Shown here piece after piece: positions 29,201 through 37,113 of a stretch of DNA of 51,070 nucleotides. Positions within the stretch are counted from its first letter, which is position 1. Each line of letters begins with the position of its first letter. The translations under genes and the position numbers were made by a program. The notes below the pieces were generated by a model. It saw only the letters and a program-made list of their open reading frames with translations. It ran no database searches and was not told where the DNA came from. Location: positions 1 to 51,070 of the forward strand of contig CAYNNZ010000001.1 of assembly GCA_964398815.1 (NCBI GenBank), given 5' to 3'. Source of the DNA: an uncultured Candidatus Saccharibacteria bacterium. Its GTDB lineage: Bacteria > Patescibacteriota > Minisyncoccia > Phycocordibacterales > Phycocordibacteraceae.

Positions 29201-29575
29201 CTCACGGCACTTCTTATTAAATTCGGCGATGCCGTATTTCTCGATATCCTGCTTCCCTGTGAATCCAAGCTGCTTCTCCACCTCAAGCTCAACTGGAAGC
29301 CCGTGCGTGTCCCAGCCAGCGCGACGCGGCACATGGAATCCGCGCATGGTCTTGTAGCGCGGTATCGCATCCTTAAAGGAACGGCTCTCCATGTGGTGAA
29401 CACCCGGCCTGCCGTTTGCGGTAGGTGGCCCCTCGTAGAAGACGAAGGTGTTCTTCTTATTCCCGCGCTCGCGTGCCTTGCCAGCGATATCGTTCTCCTT
29501 CCAGAAAGTAAGGACTTCTTCTTCGCGTTTGGCGGCCTCGGAGCGCTCCGGTGCGTCTGTATCTATATCGGCCAT
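26240..29575 (-). CDS. ileS: isoleucyl-tRNA synthetase carrying an inserted histidine-phosphatase domain
   Basis: HIGH region (PPTANGRPGVHHMES), CP1 editing motif (TTPWTLPGNIALAV), WAISRERYWGTPLPVW, DLHRPYIDE and KMSKSKGN. Residues ~497-685 look like a phosphoglycerate-mutase-type histidine phosphatase (RHGEAEHN ... SPLQRCRQTA ... VVTHG). Confidence 0.95.
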   Translation of the reverse strand: MADIDTDAPERSEAAKREEEVLTFWKENDIAGKARERGNKKNTFVFYEGPPTANGRPGVHHMESRSFKDAIPRYKTMRGFHVPRRAGWDTHGLPVELEVEKQLGFTGKQDIEKYGIAEFNKKCRESVFNYIHEWERFSERLGFWADQATAYFTFDADYMESLWSVFKKVSDDGRLYKDYRVVPWCPKCGTGLSSHELAQGYEDVKDLSITAKFELTDEPGTYLLAWTTTPWTLPGNIALAVGKDIAYGVYEKDKERVVLATELAAQLPEGWSLIETRPGSALVGKSYNPLYPFAQELASESEKVKFDKAYQVYAADFVTTEDGTGIVHTAVMYGQDDFELGNAVGLPKVHLVQPDGTFMAGTGFLEGASVIDPETNVAVLKDLQEKNLFFSKESYTHSYPHCWRSKNRLIYYARDSWYFRMTEMRDYLIEENQKVNWEPAYMRDGRMGEWLANVRDWAISRERYWGTPLPVWLSEDGSEQVVVGSIDDLRTRVKKSGNRYFVMRHGEAEHNLLGVANSNLDSSSCLTEEGVKQTEKAAAELVDKNVTRIFASPLQRCRQTAEYVAQALGIDVATIVYDSRLREFEFGDFNGGPIDAAVEYFKSHTFRDAIPGGESYLDVTKRFGAFLYELESTHANETILVVTHGCGVEAMRTVVEQPKRELPVLLETMHARRGELRELPFVPLPHNENYELDLHRPYIDEVVLISDSGKELRRTKEVMDVWFDSGAMPFAQDHYPFENKEWVDGKGYPADFISEAIDQTRGWFYTLLAVGVLMGKGRAYKNVISLGHLLDEKGLKMSKSKGNIIEPMSAMDRYGADTLRLWMYSVNQPGDSKNFDDKTVKESARVISWFENSVKFYQLFSEAGEKGTEQPIDVWMRTRTSEVIAKATEALEAYDLYTATRTISVLIEDLSQWYVRRVRDRVREGDAAAVITLRDTLQSISVLLAPFTPFIAEWAYQMVREDEDPESVHLADWYEAGTIDTDLITNMASVRTLASEALRIRQAAGVKVRQPLASLSIPGELPKDLAQLLADEVNVKEIIQKQEAMKLDTELTPELIAEGDERAYARAVNDARKEEGYSPRDIVAVAESPEGKYTAELSTGTVRFSLSLDAS

Positions 29576-29611
29576 GATTCATCAATCCTAGCGTCTGCGC
29601 CGCCAAAAAGG

Positions 29612-29650
29612 AAACGGCCCCGCGCTCGCGCGCAGGGCCTTCTCGTTAGT
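29612..29650 (-). terminator. intrinsic terminator after the 29670..29990 gene
   Basis: Minus strand GGCCCTGCGC-GCGA-GCGCGGGGCC followed by GTTTCCTTTTT. Confidence 0.75.
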
Positions 29651-29669
29651 CACTCGTACCGGCTGCCGG

Positions 29670-29990
29670 TTAGGCGGCCAGCGAACGCTCTTCGGCCTCG
29701 TCGGCTTCAGGACGTTCCTTGCGGGCCGGCTTGATGCGGACCACGTTGGATCCGAGGAGGGCGAGCACGCCGTCCTGGATGAAGTGCGGAACGACCCACG
29801 GCCGCCGGCTGTCGAGCGCCTGCTTGCGCTCCTTGAACGCCTTCCGTCCCTGGCTCTTGGTCAGGCCGGCCGATACGGCCAGCTCTTCGAAGAACGCCTT
29901 CATGTCCACCGCATTGGTGTTATTCGTGAAGGCCGTCCGGATCGACTCGGACGCATTGAACGTGGGCATCGCCCCCTTAACATCGGTCAT
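29670..29990 (-). CDS. small hypothetical protein (106 aa, GC-rich orphan)
   Basis: Start is set at MTDVKGAMPTF..., preceded by GGAAGGG 7 nt upstream. A segment (MKAFFEELAVSAGLTKSQGRKAF) faintly resembles the first helices of HU-type proteins, but the rest does not. Confidence 0.6.
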   Translation of the reverse strand: MTDVKGAMPTFNASESIRTAFTNNTNAVDMKAFFEELAVSAGLTKSQGRKAFKERKQALDSRRPWVVPHFIQDGVLALLGSNVVRIKPARKERPEADEAEERSLAA

Positions 29991-30081
29991 GTTTTCCCTT
30001 CCGATTTGGTAGGTTCGCACGAGTGAAATGGAATGTGCGGACCAGCGCGCACAATAGCGCACTGGGTGCGGGCGCACAAGA

Positions 30082-31749
30082 CTACATTCGTTCTGGGGTG
30101 GGGATGGCGAGAATACGTAGGCCGTTCTCCATCGTGGTCGCAAACGCCTTCGCAAGAATCAATTTGTACGCTTCCCCTTCGCTTCCGAGCACCTGCTCGC
30201 TGGCATAGAAAGAATTCCACTCGCTCGCGAGCTTGGTAAGGTACTGCGTGATTTTGTGAGGAGCGCGTTCGCGTACCGCTTCAGCGCATACTTCAGGAAA
30301 TCGCACGATAAGCCGCTCAACTCCGTATAGTTTTTCGGGTGCAGTTGCATCCGTTTCTGCTTCTGTCGCGTACGAAAGAATCTTGCGTGCACGCACGAGC
30401 GCGTACTGCAGATATGGTCCCGTGTCACCATCGAGCGCGAGCGATTTCTCTATATCAAAAATAATGTCGCCGCCCGCTGCCTGCCTAAGCATCATGTATT
30501 TAATGGCACCCAGTGCGACCGCTTCGGCGATAAGCGGGTCTTCGTTCTTTTCGCTCGCGCGCTTCATGACCTCACCAATGAGTTCGTCAGCCGTAATCAC
30601 GTTTCCTTCGCGAGACGACATTTTTCCTGAGGTGAGTCGAAGGAAGCCGTGAGGAACGTGCTCGGTCTTGGCGCCCACCAGCGGAGCAAGTTCCTCGAGC
30701 GCCGCCTTCACGACTGCAAAATGACCTACCTGCTCGGCAGCAGTGAGAATGTAGCGGGTGTCTGAAGGCACGCGCTCTTCCACCATGAAAGCGAGTCCCA
30801 CCTCCTTCGCTTCATAGGTAGGAGTTCCTTGCGAGGTAATAAATACCAGTGTGTGGAGGCCTTTCTTCTCTCCCTCATAAATGACGGCTCCCTCGCTTTC
30901 TTTGAACACTCCGCGAGCGAGCCCATCGCGCACGAGTTCTGTTCCCGGCTTTGCGGTCTCGCTCTCGAAGAAGTAGTAGTCGAAGTGCGTATCAAGGCGC
31001 TTATAGAGTTCACGAAACGCTTCAAGCGAAATTTCTTTTCCTTTGCGCCACAGTTCCATCAGCTCCGCATCTTCTCCAAGATATATGGAGCGGTTAAGTG
31101 CATCTATTTCGCCCTTAGTCTCATCACTCTCCTCGTAAGCGCGTGAGCCGTGCGCGTACGCATCCCCGATTTCCTTTGCGGTCACTGGCTCAGTGATGCC
31201 CTTATCGCGCAGACCCCACAGCGCTTTTGCCACATGCGGTCCGACATCTCCGCCGTAGCTATCGCGCGTCACCTGTGCCCCTTCATTCTCAATGGTGCGC
31301 GAAAGTGCCTCGCCCAGGACGGTCGACATAAGGTGCCCTATATGGAGTTCCTTGAACGGATTCGGACAGGAGAACTCAATCGAGTAGCGCTTTCCAGAAA
31401 GCGTCGAGCCCTTTCCCCACTCGCTCCCGAGCGCAGCTGCCTCCTTAATGATTCCCGAGATGACCGGCCGCGCGAGCGTGAAGTTAATGAATCCCGGCCC
31501 TGCGACTTCTACCTTCTCCACGGAATCTGAAAGTGCTCCTCGCAAGGTCTCTGCAAGTTCATCGGCCAACTCCTTTGGATTCCTGCCCAAGGCTTTAGCC
31601 GCTGCCATGGCTGCGTTCGTGGCGTAATCGCCATGGACCATGTCAGCAGGCCACTCAATAGCGAATACGGTATCTGGCGCCCCCGCTTCCGTGAGTGCGC
31701 TCGTTACTGCTTGGCGCAGTTTCTCTTCCATACGGCGAGTATACGCCAT
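30082..31749 (-). CDS. argS: arginyl-tRNA synthetase
   Basis: 555 aa with the N-terminal Arg-tRNA-synthetase add-on domain, HIGH (NPFKELHIGHLMS), and the C-terminal DALR anticodon-binding domain ending ..RM. Confidence 0.95.
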   Translation of the reverse strand: MAYTRRMEEKLRQAVTSALTEAGAPDTVFAIEWPADMVHGDYATNAAMAAAKALGRNPKELADELAETLRGALSDSVEKVEVAGPGFINFTLARPVISGIIKEAAALGSEWGKGSTLSGKRYSIEFSCPNPFKELHIGHLMSTVLGEALSRTIENEGAQVTRDSYGGDVGPHVAKALWGLRDKGITEPVTAKEIGDAYAHGSRAYEESDETKGEIDALNRSIYLGEDAELMELWRKGKEISLEAFRELYKRLDTHFDYYFFESETAKPGTELVRDGLARGVFKESEGAVIYEGEKKGLHTLVFITSQGTPTYEAKEVGLAFMVEERVPSDTRYILTAAEQVGHFAVVKAALEELAPLVGAKTEHVPHGFLRLTSGKMSSREGNVITADELIGEVMKRASEKNEDPLIAEAVALGAIKYMMLRQAAGGDIIFDIEKSLALDGDTGPYLQYALVRARKILSYATEAETDATAPEKLYGVERLIVRFPEVCAEAVRERAPHKITQYLTKLASEWNSFYASEQVLGSEGEAYKLILAKAFATTMENGLRILAIPTPERM

Positions 31750-31814
31750 TGATTTGTTGGGAGCGAAGCGACCTAGAAATCAACCAGTGCCCTTGGGGTG
31801 GCAGGGCCTGAATC

Positions 31815-33080
31815 TTATTTGAACGAGTCAGGGATGGGATGGGATTCAGCGAGTTCCTTGATGCGCTTCCCTACGTTCTCGACCGTCGCATCGTCGCGCT
31901 TCGTGAGCACTTCAAGCATGAGCGAGGCTACTTCCTTTGATTCTTCTTCCTTGAATCCGCGCGTCGTCATTGCGGGCGTGCCAAGACGGATGCCCGATGG
32001 GTCCATAGGCTTTCTGGTATCGTCCGCAATTGAGTTCTTGTTGAGCGTGATGCCTGCTTTATCGAGAAGGGTCTCCGCGTCCTGGCCCGAAATACCGAAG
32101 GAACCGAACACATCAGCGAGAATTAGATGATTCTCAGTCCCGCCCGCAATCATGCGCAGACCACCTGCTTTAAACACATCTGCCATTGCTGCAGCGTTTC
32201 GCACCACCTGAGCGGCATAATCGCGGAACGACGGCTCGAGTGCCTCACCGAATGAGACTGCCTTTGCGGCAATCTGGTGCATATGCGGACCGCCCTGAAG
32301 TCCCGGAAACACGGCCTTATCTATTTTCTTCGCAATCTCCTCGCTCTCTCGCGTGAGAATCATGCCTCCACGCGGACCGCGAAGTGTTTTGTGTGTGGTG
32401 GTAGTCATCACGTCGAAGCCGTACTCAAACGGATTCTTTTGAGCGCCTCCTGCGATGAGGCCAGCGATATGTGCGACGTCTGCCATTGAGACCGCGCCTA
32501 CTTCCTTCGCAATATCAGCGATGCGCTTCCAGTCGAGCTCGCGCGGGTACGCAGAAAATCCTGCAAGAATCACTTTTGGCTTTTCTTTAAGGGCAGTTTC
32601 GCGGAGCGCGTCGTAATCAATCTCGCCGGTGTCCGGGTCCTTCATCTTGTAGCGGATGAAATTGAATATTTTCGAGATATAGGTGACTGGATGGCCGTGC
32701 GTGAGATGACCACCATGCGAGAGGTCCATGCCAAGGATGGTGTCGCCCGGCTCCATGAGCGCCATGTAGGCGGCAATGTTCGCATTCGCACCGCCCAAGG
32801 GCTGCACGTTCGCATATCCGGCACCGAAGAGGCGCTTCGCGCGGTCGATCGCAATCAACTCCACCTTGTCGGTGAATTCCTGTCCGCCGTAGTAGCGCTT
32901 CCCGGGATATCCCTCCGAATATTTATTAGTGAGAATGGAGGACATCGCCTCGCGTACTGCCTGGGATACGTAATTCTCTGAGGGAATGAGTTCGAGCCCC
33001 TCGGCTTCGCGCTTTTCTTCGCCTTCGATGAGGGCGAATATATCTGGGTCTTCTTTGTGGATGTGTTCGTACGGATTCAT
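31815..33080 (-). CDS. glyA: serine hydroxymethyltransferase
   Basis: LELIPSENYVS, GYPGKRYYGG, the TTTTHKTLRGPRGG PLP-lysine motif. Confidence 0.97.
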   Translation of the reverse strand: MNPYEHIHKEDPDIFALIEGEEKREAEGLELIPSENYVSQAVREAMSSILTNKYSEGYPGKRYYGGQEFTDKVELIAIDRAKRLFGAGYANVQPLGGANANIAAYMALMEPGDTILGMDLSHGGHLTHGHPVTYISKIFNFIRYKMKDPDTGEIDYDALRETALKEKPKVILAGFSAYPRELDWKRIADIAKEVGAVSMADVAHIAGLIAGGAQKNPFEYGFDVMTTTTHKTLRGPRGGMILTRESEEIAKKIDKAVFPGLQGGPHMHQIAAKAVSFGEALEPSFRDYAAQVVRNAAAMADVFKAGGLRMIAGGTENHLILADVFGSFGISGQDAETLLDKAGITLNKNSIADDTRKPMDPSGIRLGTPAMTTRGFKEEESKEVASLMLEVLTKRDDATVENVGKRIKELAESHPIPDSFK

Positions 33081-33138
33081 AGATCGATGGCTATCGAGTA
33101 AAAGGTCGGCCGATGAATCTCGTTACACCATAGGTCCA

Positions 33139-33834
33139 CTATACCCTCGCGGTTAATTTTTCGACAATCGCTCGCACGTCCGCGTGAATCGCTTCAGGAG
33201 TACGGAGACCTCCCTCCTCCATGCACTCGACCACATGCCAATTATTCTCACGATTCGCGAGCCATGAGGCGGTCGTATGACTTCGTTCCAAATACTGACG
33301 GTCCTCTTCGACCATGTCGCGAACACCATCCCCAAGCGTTTGGTTCTTCGCTGCGCGTTTCTCGGTCAGTAATCGAAGACTGGTCTCAACCGGAACACTT
33401 AAGTAAATAATCGCGTCTGGCCGCGGCACGTTAAGCACTTCATGCTCCATGCGATCAAGCCAGCCCAGAAACTCGATACGCTCGCGCTCGTCTGCGATCT
33501 TTCCGCCTTGATGGATCTGGTTTGAGCTCGCGAAACGATCAGCGATTACGACCTTTCCTTCTGCAAGCGCGTCTCGGATGGCGTCAGATGCCTCGTGACG
33601 GTCCGCGGCATAGAGTGTTGAGGCAATGCGCGGACTGAGGTTAAGAAAGTCTCCGTGCTGCCCGGCAAGACACTCTCCGAGAAAGGTCCCAAAAAAACTT
33701 CGTCCATATGCGGGAAAATCGAACTTCTGATGCGGGTGTCCGGCTGCCGCAAAGTGGCTCGCAAGCATGGCTGACTGCGTCGCCTTGCCGGACCCATCAT
33801 TGCCGTCGAACACCACAAATATGCCCTTCTGCAT
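33139..33834 (-). CDS. tmk: thymidylate kinase
   Basis: P-loop FVVFDGNDGSGKATQ and the DRF motif (IADRFASSN). Start is set at ATG 33834, 6 nt downstream of a TATACT box. Confidence 0.88.
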   Translation of the reverse strand: MQKGIFVVFDGNDGSGKATQSAMLASHFAAAGHPHQKFDFPAYGRSFFGTFLGECLAGQHGDFLNLSPRIASTLYAADRHEASDAIRDALAEGKVVIADRFASSNQIHQGGKIADERERIEFLGWLDRMEHEVLNVPRPDAIIYLSVPVETSLRLLTEKRAAKNQTLGDGVRDMVEEDRQYLERSHTTASWLANRENNWHVVECMEEGGLRTPEAIHADVRAIVEKLTARV

Positions 33835-33840
33835 CACCCT

Positions 33841-33848
33841 AGTATACT
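33841..33848. promoter_or_regulatory. palindromic AGTATACT box: shared -10 for divergent tmk and thyA
   Basis: TATACT reads on both strands: on + at 33843-33848, 7 nt before the thyA ATG (33856); on - at 33846-33841, 6 nt before the tmk ATG (33834). Confidence 0.5.
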
Positions 33849-33855
33849 GGTGCGG

Positions 33856-34689
33856 ATGGAACAGCCCTACCTCGACCTCCTCAAGGAAGTAATGGAGCAC
33901 GGCGTAGACCGAGGCGACCGCACGGGCGTCGGAACACGGGCTTTATTCGGAAAAACCATGCGCTTCTCCCTCGCTGAGGGCTTCCCGGCTGTAACCACGA
34001 AGAAGCTGGCATTCAAGGCGGTGAAAAGTGAATTGTTGTGGTTTCTGGAGGCGAGTACGGACGACAACCGGCTCAAGGAGTTGAACGGGAGCGAGAAGAC
34101 TATCTGGACCGCGAACGCAGAGGCGGAGTACTGGAAGCCGAAGGCGAAGTACCCGGGAGATCTCGGTCGAGTATATGGGGTGCAGTGGCGTAAGTGGCAG
34201 AAGCCGAATGGCGAGACCGTCGACCAAATAGCTGATGTTATCGCGCAGATAAAGAAGGATCCGGAAAGCCGACGACTTATCGTTACCGCTTGGAATCCAG
34301 GCGAATTGGATCAAATGGCGCTTCCTCCTTGCCACATGTTCTTCCAATTTTTTGTTGCGGACGGAAAGCTTTCACTCTATATGCATCAACGGTCATGCGA
34401 TATGTTCCTCGGCGTTCCGTTCAACATCGCCTCATATTCGCTCTTGCTTGCAATGGTGGCGCAAGTAACGGGGCTCGCTCCCGGTGAATTCATTCATTCG
34501 CTTGGTGATACTCACATATATCAGAACCATTTCGATGCCGTGAAGGAACAGCTCACCCGCGAGCCGTACCCTGCCCCAACGCTCTGGCTTAATCCCGAAG
34601 TTACCGACATAGACGGGTTCACGATGGATGACATTAAGCTCGTCGACTACCAATCGCACCCCACCATTAAGGCGGAAATGGCGGTGTAG
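33856..34689 (+). CDS. thyA: thymidylate synthase (ThyA type)
   Basis: MEQPYLDLLKEVMEHG.. DRTGVGT..FG, and active-site PPCH (ALPPCHMFFQF). Confidence 0.96.
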   Translation: MEQPYLDLLKEVMEHGVDRGDRTGVGTRALFGKTMRFSLAEGFPAVTTKKLAFKAVKSELLWFLEASTDDNRLKELNGSEKTIWTANAEAEYWKPKAKYPGDLGRVYGVQWRKWQKPNGETVDQIADVIAQIKKDPESRRLIVTAWNPGELDQMALPPCHMFFQFFVADGKLSLYMHQRSCDMFLGVPFNIASYSLLLAMVAQVTGLAPGEFIHSLGDTHIYQNHFDAVKEQLTREPYPAPTLWLNPEVTDIDGFTMDDIKLVDYQSHPTIKAEMAV

Positions 34690-34713
34690 GAGGTGCGGTA
34701 TACTGTCGCGACT

Positions 34714-35415
34714 ATGGCACTTTCAGACCGACGCATTCTCGAGGAAATGAAGAAGGGAGATATTGTTATTTCCCCATTTAGCACTGAGCAGCTTGCGACA
34801 TCCAGCTATGACGTCACGCTCGGTGAATGGTTCTTCCGCGAGCAGACACCGAATTACAACCACTCTCTCTACAACATCTGGGACCAGGCCCATGTCGAGC
34901 ACGTATGGGGCGCGAAGAAGGTAGAGCGCGCGGTGCTGGCAAAGGAGGCGTTCAAAAAATACAACTTCGAATGGAACGGCATACGTCCTGACGACAAGGT
35001 CATCATCCTACGTCCGGGTGAAACGATTCTTGGGCACACGCAAGAATTCATCGGCGGCAAAGACCACATCACTACCATGATGAAGGCGCGCAGCTCGCTT
35101 GGTCGCAATTTCATCGAGGTGTGCAAATGCGCTGGCTGGGGCGATGTCGGCTATATCAATCGCTGGACGATGGAGATTACGAACAACTCTACTCACTACA
35201 TTATTCCGCTCGTCGTAGGACGCCGCATCGCCCAGATTATTTTCTTCGAAACCGGGCCCATTCTTGCCAAGGACTACGCAGCAAACGGTAAGTACGCAAG
35301 CTCAACGGACGTAAAGACGCTGATGCGCGAGTGGAAGCCGGACATGATGCTCCCGCGCCTCTGGGCTGATAAAGACATAAGGAAGAAGCAGCCATGGCAC
35401 AAGAAGGCCAAGTAA
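34714..35415 (+). CDS. dcd: dCTP deaminase family protein (long form)
   Basis: MALSDRRILEEMKKGDIVISPF...SSYDVTLG...ARSSLGR are typical of the Dcd/dUTPase fold. TATACT lies 9 nt upstream of this ATG. Confidence 0.85.
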   Translation: MALSDRRILEEMKKGDIVISPFSTEQLATSSYDVTLGEWFFREQTPNYNHSLYNIWDQAHVEHVWGAKKVERAVLAKEAFKKYNFEWNGIRPDDKVIILRPGETILGHTQEFIGGKDHITTMMKARSSLGRNFIEVCKCAGWGDVGYINRWTMEITNNSTHYIIPLVVGRRIAQIIFFETGPILAKDYAANGKYASSTDVKTLMREWKPDMMLPRLWADKDIRKKQPWHKKAK

Positions 35416-35849
35416 GCGCCCTTACTACTCTTCTCTCATCCTTTTCCGTTTTCATAACGTACGAGCCTCTACGCACAGAAGTGCCGTGTAGCGTATTTCT
35501 CCCTGCCAAGGCGCGCACATATACGATTCCTCCTCGTGCTTCACTTGACCCCGATGGCGTCGCGAACGAGGTGCGCGTGTTCACCCAGGACCTGGTGCCG
35601 GCACTCCTTATTCCAGGAAGGCGCTTCGATGCCGCAGGTACGCGGCACGGCCAAGGCGGCGGTTGGTATGACCGTTTCCTCGCCCAGGTTCCACGCGAGT
35701 GGTTGCGCATCGGCATCTGCTACGACGACCAATTCTCATCCGCACCACTCGTGCGCGAGAGCTGGGACCAGGCGATGGACTATGTTGCCGTCGTTAATCG
35801 CGAATCCGGCGAGGTTACTTTATACTCGACTGACGCACCTCATGATTAG
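35394..35849 (+). CDS. 5-formyltetrahydrofolate cyclo-ligase (short form)
   Basis: C-terminal signature LIPGRRFDAAGTRHGQGGGWYDRFL ... WDQAMDYVAV. The N-terminus is shorter than in typical MTHFS, and the gene overlaps dcd by 22 nt. Confidence 0.75.
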   Translation: MAQEGQVSALTTLLSSFSVFITYEPLRTEVPCSVFLPAKARTYTIPPRASLDPDGVANEVRVFTQDLVPALLIPGRRFDAAGTRHGQGGGWYDRFLAQVPREWLRIGICYDDQFSSAPLVRESWDQAMDYVAVVNRESGEVTLYSTDAPHD

Positions 35850-36342
35850 TCTTATTGCTGCAGTCAGTGCTCATACTCGAGCCATTGGAAAGGACAATGG
35901 CCTTATTTGGGACTTACCTGCTGACCTTGCACGCTTCCGTGCCCGCACCAAGAATCACCCCATCATCATGGGACGTAAGACGTGGGAATCACTCCCAGAA
36001 CATCGTCGTCCATTGCCTGCCCGCACGAACATCGTAGTCACACGGAATGCAGACTACGAGGCCAAGGGTGCGCACGTCGTGACCTCGATAGAAGACGCGC
36101 TCGACATCGCACGCAGCGCTCCGGGAGCTGAGGAAATTTACGTCATTGGCGGTGGAGAAATTTATGCACTCGCACTTCCCTACGCTGACGAGCTCGACCT
36201 AACGGAAGTAGATGAGGTGGTCGATGGCGACGCACGCTTCCCAGAATTTGAAGGCTTCACGGAAGTTTCGCGCGAGCCTGCAGAAGAGAATGGTATTAAT
36301 TACGACTTCGTCCGCTACGTCCGCGCTTCCAACGCTGCGTAA
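35842..36342 (+). CDS. folA: dihydrofolate reductase
   Basis: MISLIAAVSAHTRAIGKDNGLIWDLPADLARFRARTKNHPIIMGRKTWESLP...IYVIGGGEIY. The ATG overlaps the upstream stop (ATGATTAG). Confidence 0.93.
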   Translation: MISLIAAVSAHTRAIGKDNGLIWDLPADLARFRARTKNHPIIMGRKTWESLPEHRRPLPARTNIVVTRNADYEAKGAHVVTSIEDALDIARSAPGAEEIYVIGGGEIYALALPYADELDLTEVDEVVDGDARFPEFEGFTEVSREPAEENGINYDFVRYVRASNAA

Positions 36343-37042
36343 ATAGAATCGGCGCGAACAGGTCATCTTTCGGCGAAGCGGTAACAAGCGGTTCCTTGGT
36401 CTTCCGGTTACCGAACTCGACGTTCGCTCCGCGGATGATGGCGACAGGGGTCTGCTCGCTCCCTTCCCCCATTGCCACTACAGCACCTGCAGCAAGTCCG
36501 TCCGCGATGTTCGCGACCTCTACTTTGAACTCCCTCCCAAAGATGTCCTTCTTATGGCGATAGTCCTTGAGAGGGACGAACCCATCCCACGCAAGCGCGA
36601 AACCAATGGCACCGCGACGCATCGGAATTGAGGTTGAGTCGGTAATCAGAACAGCAATCTTTTTAACCCCATACGTTTTCTGAATCCATGAGCGCAGTCG
36701 CTTGGCGCTTTTCATTGGGTCCTTCGGGTAGAGAATGTAGTAGCCATTTCCATTGCTCTGGTCTATGCCTGCGGAGCCCGCCATCGCGCCCTTGGCGATG
36801 GTGAAGCGGTGACGATATTTCGCCTTCTCGAATTTTAGGTACCAATCCGCTTCCTGCTCGACCAGTCTGTCTTTATCCGTCCCCTCACCCGGCACTGTAT
36901 TGCCTTCGTCTATGGAGACGACTTTCGAGGAGATGGCGACAATATCTCCTTCTTTCAGTTTGAGGGTCGCTGCGAGAAGCGCATCGCGCAGAGTATCCTG
37001 TGGCGCGCGAAGCGCCCGCAAGCGGATGGGGATGAGTTCCAT
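36296..37042 (-). CDS. CofE-family gamma-glutamyl ligase homolog (candidate folylpolyglutamate/dihydrofolate synthase, FolC2-like)
   Basis: Similar to F420-0:gamma-glutamyl ligase (..GDIVAISSKVVSIDEG..., ..AGIDQSNGNGYYILYPKDP..., ..ITDSTSIPMRRGAIGFALAW..., ..ADGLAAGAVVAMGEGSEQTPVAIIRG). Embedded in the folate gene cluster. Confidence 0.8.
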   Translation of the reverse strand: MELIPIRLRALRAPQDTLRDALLAATLKLKEGDIVAISSKVVSIDEGNTVPGEGTDKDRLVEQEADWYLKFEKAKYRHRFTIAKGAMAGSAGIDQSNGNGYYILYPKDPMKSAKRLRSWIQKTYGVKKIAVLITDSTSIPMRRGAIGFALAWDGFVPLKDYRHKKDIFGREFKVEVANIADGLAAGAVVAMGEGSEQTPVAIIRGANVEFGNRKTKEPLVTASPKDDLFAPILFTQRWKRGRSGRSRN

Positions 37043-37058
37043 TCATGGACTCTAAATG

Positions 37059-37092
37059 AAAAACGCCCCGGCGCAATGCCGGGGTGCTTTTA
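37059..37092 (-). terminator. intrinsic terminator downstream of rplK (bidirectional shape)
   Basis: CCCCGGC-loop-GCCGGGG, followed by CGTTTTTCATTT on the minus strand. Confidence 0.75.
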
Positions 37093-37113
37093 TTTGCCTG
37101 AAGAAGCGAGGAA

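Noticed and set aside
35536-35841. N-terminal 102 residues of the 268-aa ORF in the folA frame
   Set aside because: This part overlaps the 5-formyl-THF cyclo-ligase gene in another frame and is Ser/Arg/Cys-rich. DHFR homology begins exactly at MISLIAAV (ATG 35842).
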